In this document: positions 48,080 through 57,514 of the stretch, in pieces
Layout of the letters: the number at the start of each line of letters is the position of its first letter
How positions within the stretch are numbered: position 1 is the stretch's first letter
Assembly (NCBI GenBank): GCA_963702005.1
Contig: OY969696.1
Coordinates: 352,001-416,000, forward strand
Reading direction: 5' to 3'
DNA: 64,000 bases
Origin: Candidatus Aminicenantes bacterium
GTDB taxonomy: Bacteria > Acidobacteriota > Aminicenantia > Aminicenantales > JAFGBC01
Notes under the pieces: generated by a model
What the model saw: only the letters and a program-made list of their open reading frames with translations
Database searches by the model: none
What the model was told of the DNA's origin: nothing
Made by a program: the position numbers and the translations under genes

Positions 48080-50414
48080 GATCGGGCGGCGCTCCTCCCT
48101 CACCGGCCGCATCCGGCTTCGCGTCCCCGGCTATCGCCACCGGCGCGGCCGGCGTCTCGACCTGCTGCTTATAGCCGCAGGCTTCGTCCCGGCAAGAAAT
48201 GGTGGTTCCGGTTTTAGCCCGCGTCTTGCGGAGGAGAACCCTCTTTCCGCATTTGGGACAGGTTTGGTCGATCGGCTCGTCCCAGGTCGCGAACTTGCAC
48301 TTGGGGAACGAGCTGCAGCCGTAGAAATAGCGGCCCCGCTTCGATTTGCGGCGGAGGAGGGTCCCTCCGCAGTCGAGCGGACAGGCGATGCCGGTGTCGA
48401 ACCTCTCCTTCTTGACGTACTTGCACTCGGGATATTTCGAGCAGGCCGTGAACTGACCGTAGCGCCCCCAGCGGACGACTAAGGGCGCGCCGCAGTCGGG
48501 GCAAGGCTCGTCTAGGACCTGGGGTTCCTTTTTGCCCAGGCTCTGCTTATAGTCGCAGTCGGGGTAGCCGGTGCAGGACTTGAATGGGCCGAAGCGGCCT
48601 CCTTTGATGACGACCTGTTTCCCGCACTTGGGACAGGGCTCCTCGGCCGGGATCCCGCCGTTGGCCGTGACGCCCGCCTGGGCCTGGGCTTGGACGAGAT
48701 CCTGTTCCAGGACTTGATAATAATTGCGCAGGGATTCGATCCAGTTCCTCTCGCCGTCGCTGATCCGGTCGAGCTCTTCCTCCATGAGCGCCGTGAACTT
48801 GATCTCCATGAGATGGGCAAAGTTCTGGACGAGATAATCCGTGACGAACATGCCGAGCTCGGTCGGTACGAACTTGCCTTTGTCCCGGATGACATAGACC
48901 CGCTTGTGGAGGGCGTCGATGATGGGCGCGTAGGTCGAGGGCCGGCCGATGCCCTTGGCCTCGAGCTCCTTGACCAGGCTCGCCTCCGTGTATCGGGGCG
49001 GCGGCTGGGTGAAGTTCTGCTTGGTCTCGACTTCGAGCAGACGAAGGACCTCGCCCGGTTTGGCCGCGGGCAGGATCTCGTCGTCCTTCTTCTGGCCTCC
49101 GCCCAGGGCCAGGAATCCGTCGAAGCGGATGACCTCACCCTTGGTCTTGAGTAAATACTTTGATACCGCGGGCGCCGGGGCGGCCGTCCCGTCCGCGGCC
49201 TGCTGGGGATGCGGGACGGCCGAGATCTCAAACTCGGTCTCCTCGATCTTGGCCGGACTCATCTGGGAGGCGATGAACCGGTTCCAGATCAGGGTGTAGA
49301 GCCGGAGTTCCTCTCTCTTGAGATAGGGGGCGACGGCGTCGGGCGGCAGGTCGAAGAAGGTCGGCCGGACGGCCTCGTGGGCGTCCTGGCTCGCCTTCTT
49401 GTTCTTGAAAACGTGGGGCGAGGGGGGAAGATAAGCCGGGGAAAAAGTCCGGACGATGTAGTCTCGGGCTCCCCCCAGGGCCTCGTCCGAAACCCGGAAG
49501 GAGTCCGTGCGCATGTAGGTGATGAGCCCGACCATGCCCCGCTCGCCGATCTCGAGGCCTTCGTAGAGGTGCTGGGCGACCATCATCGTCTTCTTGACCG
49601 GGAAGGACAGAAGCCGGAATCCGTCCTGCTGGAGCGTGCTCGTGATGTAGGGCGGGCCGGGCTGCCGGCTCTTGGTCCGGACATTGACCTTATCCAGGAC
49701 AAACGCGGCGGACCGGAGGTCGGCCGCGACCCGCTCGGCTTTCTCGCCCGTCTCGACCTTGATCTTCTTCCCGTCGGCCTTGACGAGCTCGGCCTTGAAG
49801 GGCGGCGGGGCGGACGCCTCGAGCCGGGCCGCGATCGGCCAGAATTCCTCCTGGACGAAGGCCTTGATCTCTTTCTCCCGGTCGCAGATGAGACGGAGAG
49901 CGATGGACTGGACCCGGCCGGCGCTCAGGTTCTTCCCCCCGATCTTCTTCCAGAGGAGCGGGCTGATCTTGTATCCGACCAGCCGGTCCAGGATCCGCCG
50001 CGTCTGCTGGGCGTTGATCTTGTTCTGGTCGAGCGTCCCCAAGTGCTGGAAGGCCTCCTCGATGCCTTTTTTAGTGATCTCGTGGAAGAGGGCCCGGTGG
50101 ATCGTCTTATGGAGGTCTTCGAACAGGAAGGACAGGTGCCAGGAGATCGCTTCCCCTTCGCGGTCCGGGTCGGCGGCCAGGATGATGGACTCGGCGTCCT
50201 CGGCGGCCTTCCTTAGATCGGCGATGACTTTTTTCTTGTCGGGGATGACGACGTAGCTGGGCGCGAAGTCGTGCTCGACGTCGACACCCAACTTCGTCTT
50301 GGGGAGGTCGCGAACATGCCCCATGGACGCCTTGACGACGAAACCGGGGCCCAGGTAGCGATTGATCGTCTTGGCCTTGGCCGGCGATTCGACGATGACG
50401 AGGGATTTCGGCAT
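48063..50414 (-). CDS. topA: DNA topoisomerase I
   Basis: IVESPAKAKTI, DPDREGE, SAGRVQ, ITYMRTDS, GIGRPSTY, C-terminal zinc ribbons. Confidence 0.97.
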   Translation of the reverse strand: MPKSLVIVESPAKAKTINRYLGPGFVVKASMGHVRDLPKTKLGVDVEHDFAPSYVVIPDKKKVIADLRKAAEDAESIILAADPDREGEAISWHLSFLFEDLHKTIHRALFHEITKKGIEEAFQHLGTLDQNKINAQQTRRILDRLVGYKISPLLWKKIGGKNLSAGRVQSIALRLICDREKEIKAFVQEEFWPIAARLEASAPPPFKAELVKADGKKIKVETGEKAERVAADLRSAAFVLDKVNVRTKSRQPGPPYITSTLQQDGFRLLSFPVKKTMMVAQHLYEGLEIGERGMVGLITYMRTDSFRVSDEALGGARDYIVRTFSPAYLPPSPHVFKNKKASQDAHEAVRPTFFDLPPDAVAPYLKREELRLYTLIWNRFIASQMSPAKIEETEFEISAVPHPQQAADGTAAPAPAVSKYLLKTKGEVIRFDGFLALGGGQKKDDEILPAAKPGEVLRLLEVETKQNFTQPPPRYTEASLVKELEAKGIGRPSTYAPIIDALHKRVYVIRDKGKFVPTELGMFVTDYLVQNFAHLMEIKFTALMEEELDRISDGERNWIESLRNYYQVLEQDLVQAQAQAGVTANGGIPAEEPCPKCGKQVVIKGGRFGPFKSCTGYPDCDYKQSLGKKEPQVLDEPCPDCGAPLVVRWGRYGQFTACSKYPECKYVKKERFDTGIACPLDCGGTLLRRKSKRGRYFYGCSSFPKCKFATWDEPIDQTCPKCGKRVLLRKTRAKTGTTISCRDEACGYKQQVETPAAPVAIAGDAKPDAAGEGGAPPDHDQGA

Positions 50415-51518
50415 TTAAGGTCTCCTCTGGAAGCGCTTGCCGGGATGCTGGAGAATCCATCCCTGGAGCTCGAGGTCGAGCAGGACGGTTAAAAGTTCGG
50501 ACATGGAACAGCCGGACCGGTCGGCCAGCTCGTCGACATCGGTCAGACCATCTTCCCGGAGCAGAGCCAGGACTTTGGCGCTCTCGGGTCCCGGCACCGG
50601 ACGGCTCTCCCGGCGGCAGGCGGCCTGGGCCAGGAGCTCATCCCGGAGGGGCGGCGGGAGCTCGGCGGCGACGTCCTCCCAGCCCTGGACGAGCTTGGCC
50701 CCGGTCTGGATAAGCCAGTTGGCCCCGGCGCTGAGCTCGGACGAGACGTTCCCGGGCACGGCCATGACCTCCCGATTCTGATCGAGGGCGAGCCGGGCCG
50801 AAATGAGGGACCCGCTTATACGGGTCGCCTCGACGACAATCAAGGCCATGGACAGACCGCTGATGATCCTGTTCCGGAGCGGAAAATGGAATCCCAGCGG
50901 AGCCGCGCCGAGCGGGAACTCGGACACGACGGCGCCGCCGCTGTCCACGATCTTGTCCATGAGCTTCTTGTTCTCCTTCGGATAGGGCACATCCAAGCCC
51001 GCTCCCAGCACTGCGGCCGTCAGGCCGCCCCTGAGCGCGCCCCAATGGGCCGCGGCATCGATCCCGACCGCCAGGCCGCTCGTCACGACCAGCCCCCGCT
51101 CGGCTAGGTCCCGGCCGAGCCGCTCGGCCACCGCCCGCCCGTAGGGCGAAGGGTGCCGCGACCCGACGATCGAAACGCCCGGCCGGCTGAGGACTTCGGG
51201 CCTTCCCACGCACATCAGGACCGGCGGAGGATCATAAATCTCCCGCAGGTAGGGCGGATAGGCCGGGTCATCCCGGAGGAGAAGAGCGATGCCCCTCTTC
51301 TCGATCCGCTCCAGGTCGCGCGCGGCCTCCTCAAGAATCTTGGCCGAGGACAGCCGTTCCGCCTGGACCTCGCTCAGTCCGAGGCTGCGGAGGACGGCCG
51401 GCCCGGCCCTGAACGCGCCATCCAGCGGGATAAACCGCGCGGCGATCCTCTGCGCCGGCCCCAGGCTGTCGCCCAAGACCAGGTTCAAGGCCACCCAGTA
51501 TACGCGATGATCCGCCAC
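50415..51518 (-). CDS. dprA: DNA-processing protein DprA
   Basis: YP..L.EI.DPP, IVGSR..S.YG, SGLA.GID..AH, FP.RNRIISG, SGSLI.A; start uncertain (GTG 51518 or ATG 51590). Confidence 0.93.
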   Translation of the reverse strand: MADHRVYWVALNLVLGDSLGPAQRIAARFIPLDGAFRAGPAVLRSLGLSEVQAERLSSAKILEEAARDLERIEKRGIALLLRDDPAYPPYLREIYDPPPVLMCVGRPEVLSRPGVSIVGSRHPSPYGRAVAERLGRDLAERGLVVTSGLAVGIDAAAHWGALRGGLTAAVLGAGLDVPYPKENKKLMDKIVDSGGAVVSEFPLGAAPLGFHFPLRNRIISGLSMALIVVEATRISGSLISARLALDQNREVMAVPGNVSSELSAGANWLIQTGAKLVQGWEDVAAELPPPLRDELLAQAACRRESRPVPGPESAKVLALLREDGLTDVDELADRSGCSMSELLTVLLDLELQGWILQHPGKRFQRRP

Positions 51519-51603
51519 CTTGTCTATTACGACGCGGGGGACCGCACAATTATTCTCGCCGGCGGCTCCGGAAATAGACGCTCCGACCATCGCGGGCCTT
51601 GCC

Positions 51604-51820
51604 CTCAGGACCCCCTCGGGTCAAGCTATTTTAACAGGAAACCTGATAAATAAAAAACCGCTCCGAGGGGATTGAATATAAATCCTCGCCCTTTTTTAAG
51701 GACAGACGAGGGCAATAAGGCGGGAGCAGGCCGTCGAAGGACCGAACGGGCATGGTTCCTCTCTTGAGGAGAGAGAGGTCCTGAGTCGGAGCAAATTGGA
51801 CTCGCTGGGGCCAATTCGCG
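51604..51820 (-). other. Uncharacterised structured intergenic element (candidate ncRNA)
   Basis: CTCAGGACC (51604-12) is complementary to GGTCCTGAG (51777-85) and encloses several hairpins; G-U extensions favour the minus strand. Confidence 0.45.
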
Positions 51821-51831
51821 TCCTACGAGCC

Positions 51832-53151
51832 TTATTGCCCGAGTCTCCCGAGAAGGACGGAACCGCGGGTGGCGAAGGTGCCGGCCACGGCGGCCGTCAT
51901 CAGGCAGGCCAGGGTCGCGGCCAGAAGGGCTTTAAAGCCGATCCGCGACAGGTCCTTGATCCGGCTCGGGACGAGCGCCCCCGTCCCGCCGACGAAGATC
52001 GCGAGCGAGGCGATGTGGGCGAACCCGCACAGAGCGTAAGAAGCGATGACGGCCGAACGCGGATCGGAGAGACCGTGGGCGGCCAGGAGATTGGCCAGAT
52101 CCCGGTAGGCGACGACCTCGGTCGCGACCGTCCTCTCGCCGATGAGCCGGGCGACCGCCATGGCGTCCGAAGGAGCGACCCCGAGGATGAGCGTAAACGG
52201 GTAAAAAACATAGCCGAGGAACGTTTTGATCGACCAGGTCACGTTCCAGCCGAACAGGTGGTTGGCTCCCCCGCCAGCCCAGCCCAAGACGAGGTCGAGC
52301 AGGGCCAGCAGTCCCAGGAAGGCGAGGAGGAGCGCGACAATACCGCCGAGCAAGCGCAGCCCCGCGTTGGCGCCGTTGATGATGGCCATGATCAAGTTGT
52401 CCTCGTGCTCGGAATAGGGCTTGATGTTGAGGCCCAGGGTTTGGGGACGTCCCGTCTCGGGGACGATGAGCTTGGACATGACCAGGGCGGCCGGCGCGGC
52501 CAGAAACGAGGCCGAGACGAGGTGTCCCGCGATCGTCGGCAACACGCTCTGGAGCATCATGACGTACATGGCCAGGACGGTCGAGGCGATCGTCGCCATG
52601 CCGGCGGTCAGAATGGTCGTGAACTCGGAGCGCGTCATCCCGGCCAGGTAGGGTTGGACGACCAGGGCCGACTCGACGCCCACGAAGATGTTGGCCGAGG
52701 TCGAGAGGGACTCGGCCCCGCTGATACGCATCAGCCGGGTGAAAACGTAGGCGAAGCCGCGGATGACCCAGTCCATGATCTTGAGGTAGTAGAGGGCGCC
52801 GACCAGGGCGGCGAAGAAGATGATGGTCGGCAAAGCCTGGAAAGCCAGGAAGGAGCCGAGAGATGTCTCGCCGGCCTCGTTGACGGCGCCGGGCGGAAGG
52901 GCGAGCCGGCCGAACACGAACCTCGTCCCGGCCGTGGCGCTGTCGAGGACCGTCACGACGACGTTGTTGACGGCCAGGAAAAAGCGGCTCCCGACCGGGA
53001 CGGCGAAGATGAACAGGGCGAACAGCAGCTGGAGGGCGATCCCCCACAGGACGACCCTGAAGTTGACGACCTTGCGATTCTCGGAGCAGAGCCAGGCGAC
53101 TCCGGCCAGGATGAAAATCCCCAGAAAGCTGACGAGATTGTGGATGGTCAT
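51832..53151 (-). CDS. CNT family nucleoside transporter (NupC-like)
   Basis: LP.IIFF.AL...LYYL, GAES...ANIFVG, GMATIA, YALCGFA...S.AI..GG. Confidence 0.93.
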   Translation of the reverse strand: MTIHNLVSFLGIFILAGVAWLCSENRKVVNFRVVLWGIALQLLFALFIFAVPVGSRFFLAVNNVVVTVLDSATAGTRFVFGRLALPPGAVNEAGETSLGSFLAFQALPTIIFFAALVGALYYLKIMDWVIRGFAYVFTRLMRISGAESLSTSANIFVGVESALVVQPYLAGMTRSEFTTILTAGMATIASTVLAMYVMMLQSVLPTIAGHLVSASFLAAPAALVMSKLIVPETGRPQTLGLNIKPYSEHEDNLIMAIINGANAGLRLLGGIVALLLAFLGLLALLDLVLGWAGGGANHLFGWNVTWSIKTFLGYVFYPFTLILGVAPSDAMAVARLIGERTVATEVVAYRDLANLLAAHGLSDPRSAVIASYALCGFAHIASLAIFVGGTGALVPSRIKDLSRIGFKALLAATLACLMTAAVAGTFATRGSVLLGRLGQ

Positions 53152-53438
53152 GAGCGAACCCCCTGCTTGGGAACGGGCAGTTTTCCGGCGAAGGCCGGGA
53201 GCGCTTTCTCATCGACCTCGACGGCCACGACCTTGCGGCTTGATTTGTCCCCTTGAACGATGGCCAGGCGGCCGGCGGCGAGTCCGAGGTCGGCGGCCAG
53301 GACTTCCAGGACTTCCCTGTTCGCCTTCCCCTCGACGGGCGGAGCGAGGACCCGAACTCTGCACTCGCCGGGCACCAGCCAGTCGACTCCCCGTTTCTTC
53401 GCTCGGGGCTGGACCTTGACCCTCAGCCTAAGCTCCAT
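53148..53438 (-). CDS. DUF167 (YggU-like) protein
   Basis: V.V.PRAK, V.APPVEGKAN, G.KS.RK. Confidence 0.9.
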   Translation of the reverse strand: MELRLRVKVQPRAKKRGVDWLVPGECRVRVLAPPVEGKANREVLEVLAADLGLAAGRLAIVQGDKSSRKVVAVEVDEKALPAFAGKLPVPKQGVRS

Positions 53439-53454
53439 GGAGGGGCCGGCCGCG

Positions 53455-54234
53455 TCAGTCTTTGAGGACGTCCTTGTAGCGCTTGAATAGGTCCTTGAGC
53501 TGATCGCGGGTAATCAGGAAGCCGCTGATGTAGATGGAGACCGTCGAGCGGACCGGATCGTTGGACTTGACCAGGATGTACTCTCGGATCATGCCCTTAC
53601 GCGGTTCGGCGGGGACCCGGAACTCGACCTCGAGGCTTTTACCGGCCGCGATTTTGACCGGGAAGGAGATCGGCTTTCCCTTGACGAAGTACTTGGCGTC
53701 GCGGTGGACGCATTCGGCTGTGAGCTCGAGCTCGCCGACGTTGGAGAGCGCGAACTGGCCCTTGATCTCCTCGCCCTCGAGCAGGAGCCCGAGGTCGAGG
53801 TTGTAGGGAATGACGTCGATCCGGGCCCGAGGCGGGATCTCGACGTCGGCCGCGACCGAGAGCTCCTTGTTGGGATCGACCGGGTCGTTCGAATCCACAT
53901 AGACGTACTTGACGACTTTCCCCGCGTACGATCGGCTGTCGAAGCTGACTCCGATCTTCCCCTCCTTGCCCGGGGCGACGGTTTTATCCGACGCGAGGGC
54001 GGCCGTGCAGCCGCACGAGGTCCGGACCTTCTCGATGACGAGGTCGGCGTCGCCCGTGTTCTTGAACACGAACTCGTGGCTGAGGGCGGTCCCTTCCTTG
54101 ACCTTGCCGAAATTCCAGGTCTCCTCCTGGAACTTGATGCGCGGCGTCTTCGCGGCCAGGAGCGGCGACGCCGCGAGGAGGAGGCAGACGATCGCGGCCG
54201 GGGCGGCCTTGGGCTTGATCGATACGACCCGCAT
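53455..54234 (-). CDS. DUF1573 (Ig-like) secreted protein
   Basis: Signal peptide; FGKV.EG...HEF.F.N.G...L.I..V.TSCGCT, SNDP repeated. Confidence 0.85.
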   Translation of the reverse strand: MRVVSIKPKAAPAAIVCLLLAASPLLAAKTPRIKFQEETWNFGKVKEGTALSHEFVFKNTGDADLVIEKVRTSCGCTAALASDKTVAPGKEGKIGVSFDSRSYAGKVVKYVYVDSNDPVDPNKELSVAADVEIPPRARIDVIPYNLDLGLLLEGEEIKGQFALSNVGELELTAECVHRDAKYFVKGKPISFPVKIAAGKSLEVEFRVPAEPRKGMIREYILVKSNDPVRSTVSIYISGFLITRDQLKDLFKRYKDVLKD

Positions 54235-54291
54235 GGCTATCTCCTTTGAGTTCATATTAGCGCCTATATCCCCTCTCGCGCAAGCCATGAA

Positions 54292-54374
54292 ATAATTCTG
54301 GGGACACACGACTTAATTCGTTGTGCTTTCCAGCTTGAAGATATCGGAATTAAGTCGTGTGTCCCCAGAATTAT
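54292..54374. repeat. Perfect 28-bp inverted repeat with 27-nt spacer (REPIN/MITE-like)
   Basis: ATAATTCTGGGGACACACGACTTAATTC (54292-54319) / GAATTAAGTCGTGTGTCCCCAGAATTAT (54347-54374). Confidence 0.9.
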
Positions 54375-57300
54375 CCGAGGTATTCGTCCCAAGGGCGGGC
54401 CTCGAGGTCGGGCTTGGCGGCCAGTGACTCGGCCAGCAGCCGGGCCAGCTGGATGTTGGTGATGAGCGGGATTCCGAAGTCGACCGCCATGCGCCGGAGC
54501 TCGTAGGAGTCGTCGAATTCGAGCCGGTCGTAGGAGAACGGAATGTTGATGACGAGGTCGATCCGGCCGCCCTTCAGCCGGGTTCGGACGTTGGGCTCCC
54601 GGCTCTCGTGAAGCTTGTAGAGGCGCTCGGCCGCGATCCCGTTCCGGCGCAGGAACTCGGCCGTGTGCTCGGTCGCAGTCATCTCGAACCCGAGGGCCGC
54701 TAATCCGCGGATCCAGTCCAAGGAACGGACCCGGTTGACGTCCCCCTTGATCGAAACGAAAACCGACCGGCGCGGGATGCGGAAGCCGGTCGCGACGATG
54801 GCCTTGAGGAAGGCCTCCTGGACGCTCCGGCCGAAGCAGGCGACCTCGCCGGTCGAGGCCATCTCGACCGACAGGATCGGGTCCGCCTTCTTGAGCCGGG
54901 AGAAGGAGAACTGCGGCGCCTTGATGGCGATGGCGTCCGTTTCGAACAGGGATTTGTGGACGGGCCCGGTCGATTCCCCGAGCATGGCCCTGGTCGCGAT
55001 GTCGATGAAATCGACGCCGTAGGTCTTGGAGACGAAGGGAAAGGTCCGGGACGCCCGCAGGTTGCACTCGATGACCTTGATCCGGTCGTCCTTGGCGATA
55101 AATTGGATGTTGAAGGGGCCGCTGATCCGGAGGGCGCGGGCGATCTTCTTGGCGATCAGCCGGACCTCGCGGTGGGCCTGGACGTGGATCCTTTGGGCGG
55201 GCAGGATGATGGTCGCGTCCCCGGAGTGGACGCCGGCGTTCTCGATATGCTCGCCGATCGCGTAGCAGAGAAGCTCGCCCTGGGCGGCGACTCCGTCGAA
55301 CTCGATCTCCTTGGCGCCCTCGATGAACTTGGTGATGATGATGGACTGCCCGGGGGAGAAGCCCCCGGCCTTGGCCAGGTAGCGCTCCAGGCCGTCCAGG
55401 TCGAAGGCGACCGACATCGACGATCCGCTCAAGACGAAACTGGGCCGGATGAGGACCGGGAATCCGATCGTGCGGGCGAAAGCGCGGGCCGAGCGGAGCG
55501 AGGAGAGTTCCTTCCACTCGGGCTGCTCGACGCCGTGCCGGTCGAGCAGGGCCGAGAATTTATTCCTGTCCTCGGCCCGGACGATGTCCGAAGGCGCCGT
55601 CCCCAGAATCCTGACGCCGTTCCGGGCCAGCGGGGCGGCCAGGTTGTTGGGGGTCTGGCCGCCCATCGAGACGACGACCCCGTCGGGCCGCTCCTTGTCG
55701 CAGACATCGAGCACCCGCTCGAGGGTCATCTCCTCGAAGTAGAGACGGTCGGAGATGTCGTAGTCGGTCGAGACCGTCTCCGGGTTCGAGTTGAGGACGA
55801 TCGTCTTGCGCCCCTGGGCGGCCAGCGACCGGACGCAGCTCACCGAGCACCAGTCGAACTCGACCGACGAGCCGATCCGATAGGGCCCCGAGCCGAGCAC
55901 GAGCACGCCCCGGTCTCCGAACGCGATGTCGTCCTCCGTCTCATCGTAAGTCAGGTAGAGGTAGTTCGTCCGGGCCGGATACTCGGCGGCCAGCGTGTCC
56001 ATCTGTTTGACGGCCGGTACGATCCCCCACCTCTTGCGGAGGGCGCGGACGGATGCTTCTTTCCGGCCGGCCAGGACGGCGATCCGCGCGTCCGAGAAGC
56101 CGGCGCGCTTGGCTTCAAGGAGGACGGGCCTCGTCAGCCGTTTGGCCCGGAGCTTCTCATCCATCGCGACGAGGCCTTTCATCCGCTCCAGAAACCAGGG
56201 GTCGATCCCGGTGATGCGGCGGAGCTTGGGGACTGGCCAGCCGAGCCGCAACGCCTTGGCGATGGCGAAGAAGCGCTTGTCCGTTTTAAGCTCCTCGGCG
56301 AGCGGCCCCAGCCTCAGGTCCGAGTCGAATCCGTCGACGCCGATCTCGAGCATGCGGAGGGCCTTCTGGAAGGCCTCCTCGAAGTTCCGGCCGATCCCCA
56401 TGACCTCGCCGACGCTCTTCATCTCGGAGCCGATCTTCGACTCGACGCGCCGGAACTTCTGGAGATCCCAGCGGGGGATTTTGCAGACGATGTAATCGAG
56501 GGCGGGCTCGAAGCAGGTCGTCGTGACGCCGGTGACGGAATTGCGGAGCTCGGGGAGCGTCTTACCCAGGGCGAGCTTGGCCGCCACGTAAGCCAGCGGG
56601 TAGGCGGTCGCCTTCGAGGCCAGGGCCGAACTCCGCGACAGCCGGGCGTTGACCTCGATGACCCGGTAGTCCCAGCGGGCCGGGTCGAGCGCGAATTGGA
56701 TGTTGCATTCGCCGACCACCCCCAGGTGGCGGACGACCTGGATCGCGATGCGGCGCAGCTCGTGGTACTCGAAGTTTGTCAGCGTCTGGGAGGGGGCGAC
56801 GACGGCGCTCTCGCCGGTGTGGAAGCCCATCGGGTCAAGGTTCTCCATGTTGCAGACGGTCAGGCAGTTGTCCCGGCCGTCGCGGACGACCTCGTACTCG
56901 ATCTCCTTCCAACCGTGGAGGTACTCCTCGAGCAGGACCCGCTTGGAGAACGCGAAGGCCCGCTCGAGCTTGGCCTGGAGCTCGGCCGCGTCCCGGACGA
57001 CCCCCGAGCCGCGCCCGCCCAGGTCGTAGGAAACGCGGACCATGAGCGGGAAACCCAGCGAGGACGCCGCCGCCATCCCGCGCCGGACCGAAGTCACAAC
57101 GACGCCGCGCGGGGTCAAGACCCCGATCTCGCCCAGTTTGGCGACGAACAGGGCCCGGTCCTCGGTCTCATTGATCGTCCGGAGCGGGGTCCCCAGAACG
57201 CGGACCTTGTGGCGCTCGAGGGCGCCCTCCAGGCTCACGCCGCAGTTGAGGGCGGTCTGGCCTCCGAACCCGAGCAGGATCCCGTCGGGCTTCTCGCGCT

Positions 57301-57514
57301 TTATGATCCGCTCCACGAACTCGCGGTTGACGGGGAGGAAGTAAATGCGGTCGGCGAATTCGCGCCCGGTCTGGATCGTGGCGATATTGGGGTTGACGAG
57401 GACGGTTTGGACCCCCTCCTCCTTGAGGGCCTTGAGGGCCTGGGAGCCGGAATAGTCGAACTCGCCCGCCTCGCCGATCTTGAGGGCGCCGCTGCCGAGG
57501 AGAAGGACCTTCAC
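54371..57514 (-). CDS. carB: Carbamoyl-phosphate synthase large subunit
   Basis: GEFDYSG.QA, two ATP-grasp domains, IEVNARLSRSS, MKSVGEVM, MGS-like C-terminus. Confidence 0.97.
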   Translation of the reverse strand: MKVLLLGSGALKIGEAGEFDYSGSQALKALKEEGVQTVLVNPNIATIQTGREFADRIYFLPVNREFVERIIKREKPDGILLGFGGQTALNCGVSLEGALERHKVRVLGTPLRTINETEDRALFVAKLGEIGVLTPRGVVVTSVRRGMAAASSLGFPLMVRVSYDLGGRGSGVVRDAAELQAKLERAFAFSKRVLLEEYLHGWKEIEYEVVRDGRDNCLTVCNMENLDPMGFHTGESAVVAPSQTLTNFEYHELRRIAIQVVRHLGVVGECNIQFALDPARWDYRVIEVNARLSRSSALASKATAYPLAYVAAKLALGKTLPELRNSVTGVTTTCFEPALDYIVCKIPRWDLQKFRRVESKIGSEMKSVGEVMGIGRNFEEAFQKALRMLEIGVDGFDSDLRLGPLAEELKTDKRFFAIAKALRLGWPVPKLRRITGIDPWFLERMKGLVAMDEKLRAKRLTRPVLLEAKRAGFSDARIAVLAGRKEASVRALRKRWGIVPAVKQMDTLAAEYPARTNYLYLTYDETEDDIAFGDRGVLVLGSGPYRIGSSVEFDWCSVSCVRSLAAQGRKTIVLNSNPETVSTDYDISDRLYFEEMTLERVLDVCDKERPDGVVVSMGGQTPNNLAAPLARNGVRILGTAPSDIVRAEDRNKFSALLDRHGVEQPEWKELSSLRSARAFARTIGFPVLIRPSFVLSGSSMSVAFDLDGLERYLAKAGGFSPGQSIIITKFIEGAKEIEFDGVAAQGELLCYAIGEHIENAGVHSGDATIILPAQRIHVQAHREVRLIAKKIARALRISGPFNIQFIAKDDRIKVIECNLRASRTFPFVSKTYGVDFIDIATRAMLGESTGPVHKSLFETDAIAIKAPQFSFSRLKKADPILSVEMASTGEVACFGRSVQEAFLKAIVATGFRIPRRSVFVSIKGDVNRVRSLDWIRGLAALGFEMTATEHTAEFLRRNGIAAERLYKLHESREPNVRTRLKGGRIDLVINIPFSYDRLEFDDSYELRRMAVDFGIPLITNIQLARLLAESLAAKPDLEARPWDEYLG

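Noticed and set aside
51625-51655. AT-rich quasi-palindrome as a dif site
   Set aside because: Only a partial XerD-arm resemblance (TCCTGTTAAAA vs TTATGTTAAAT) and no credible XerC arm at 6-nt spacing.
51604-51785. 6S RNA or known riboswitch
   Set aside because: Length fits 6S, but the fold is multibranched rather than a rod with central bubble; no zapA/ygfA/rny context; no conserved riboswitch cores recognised.
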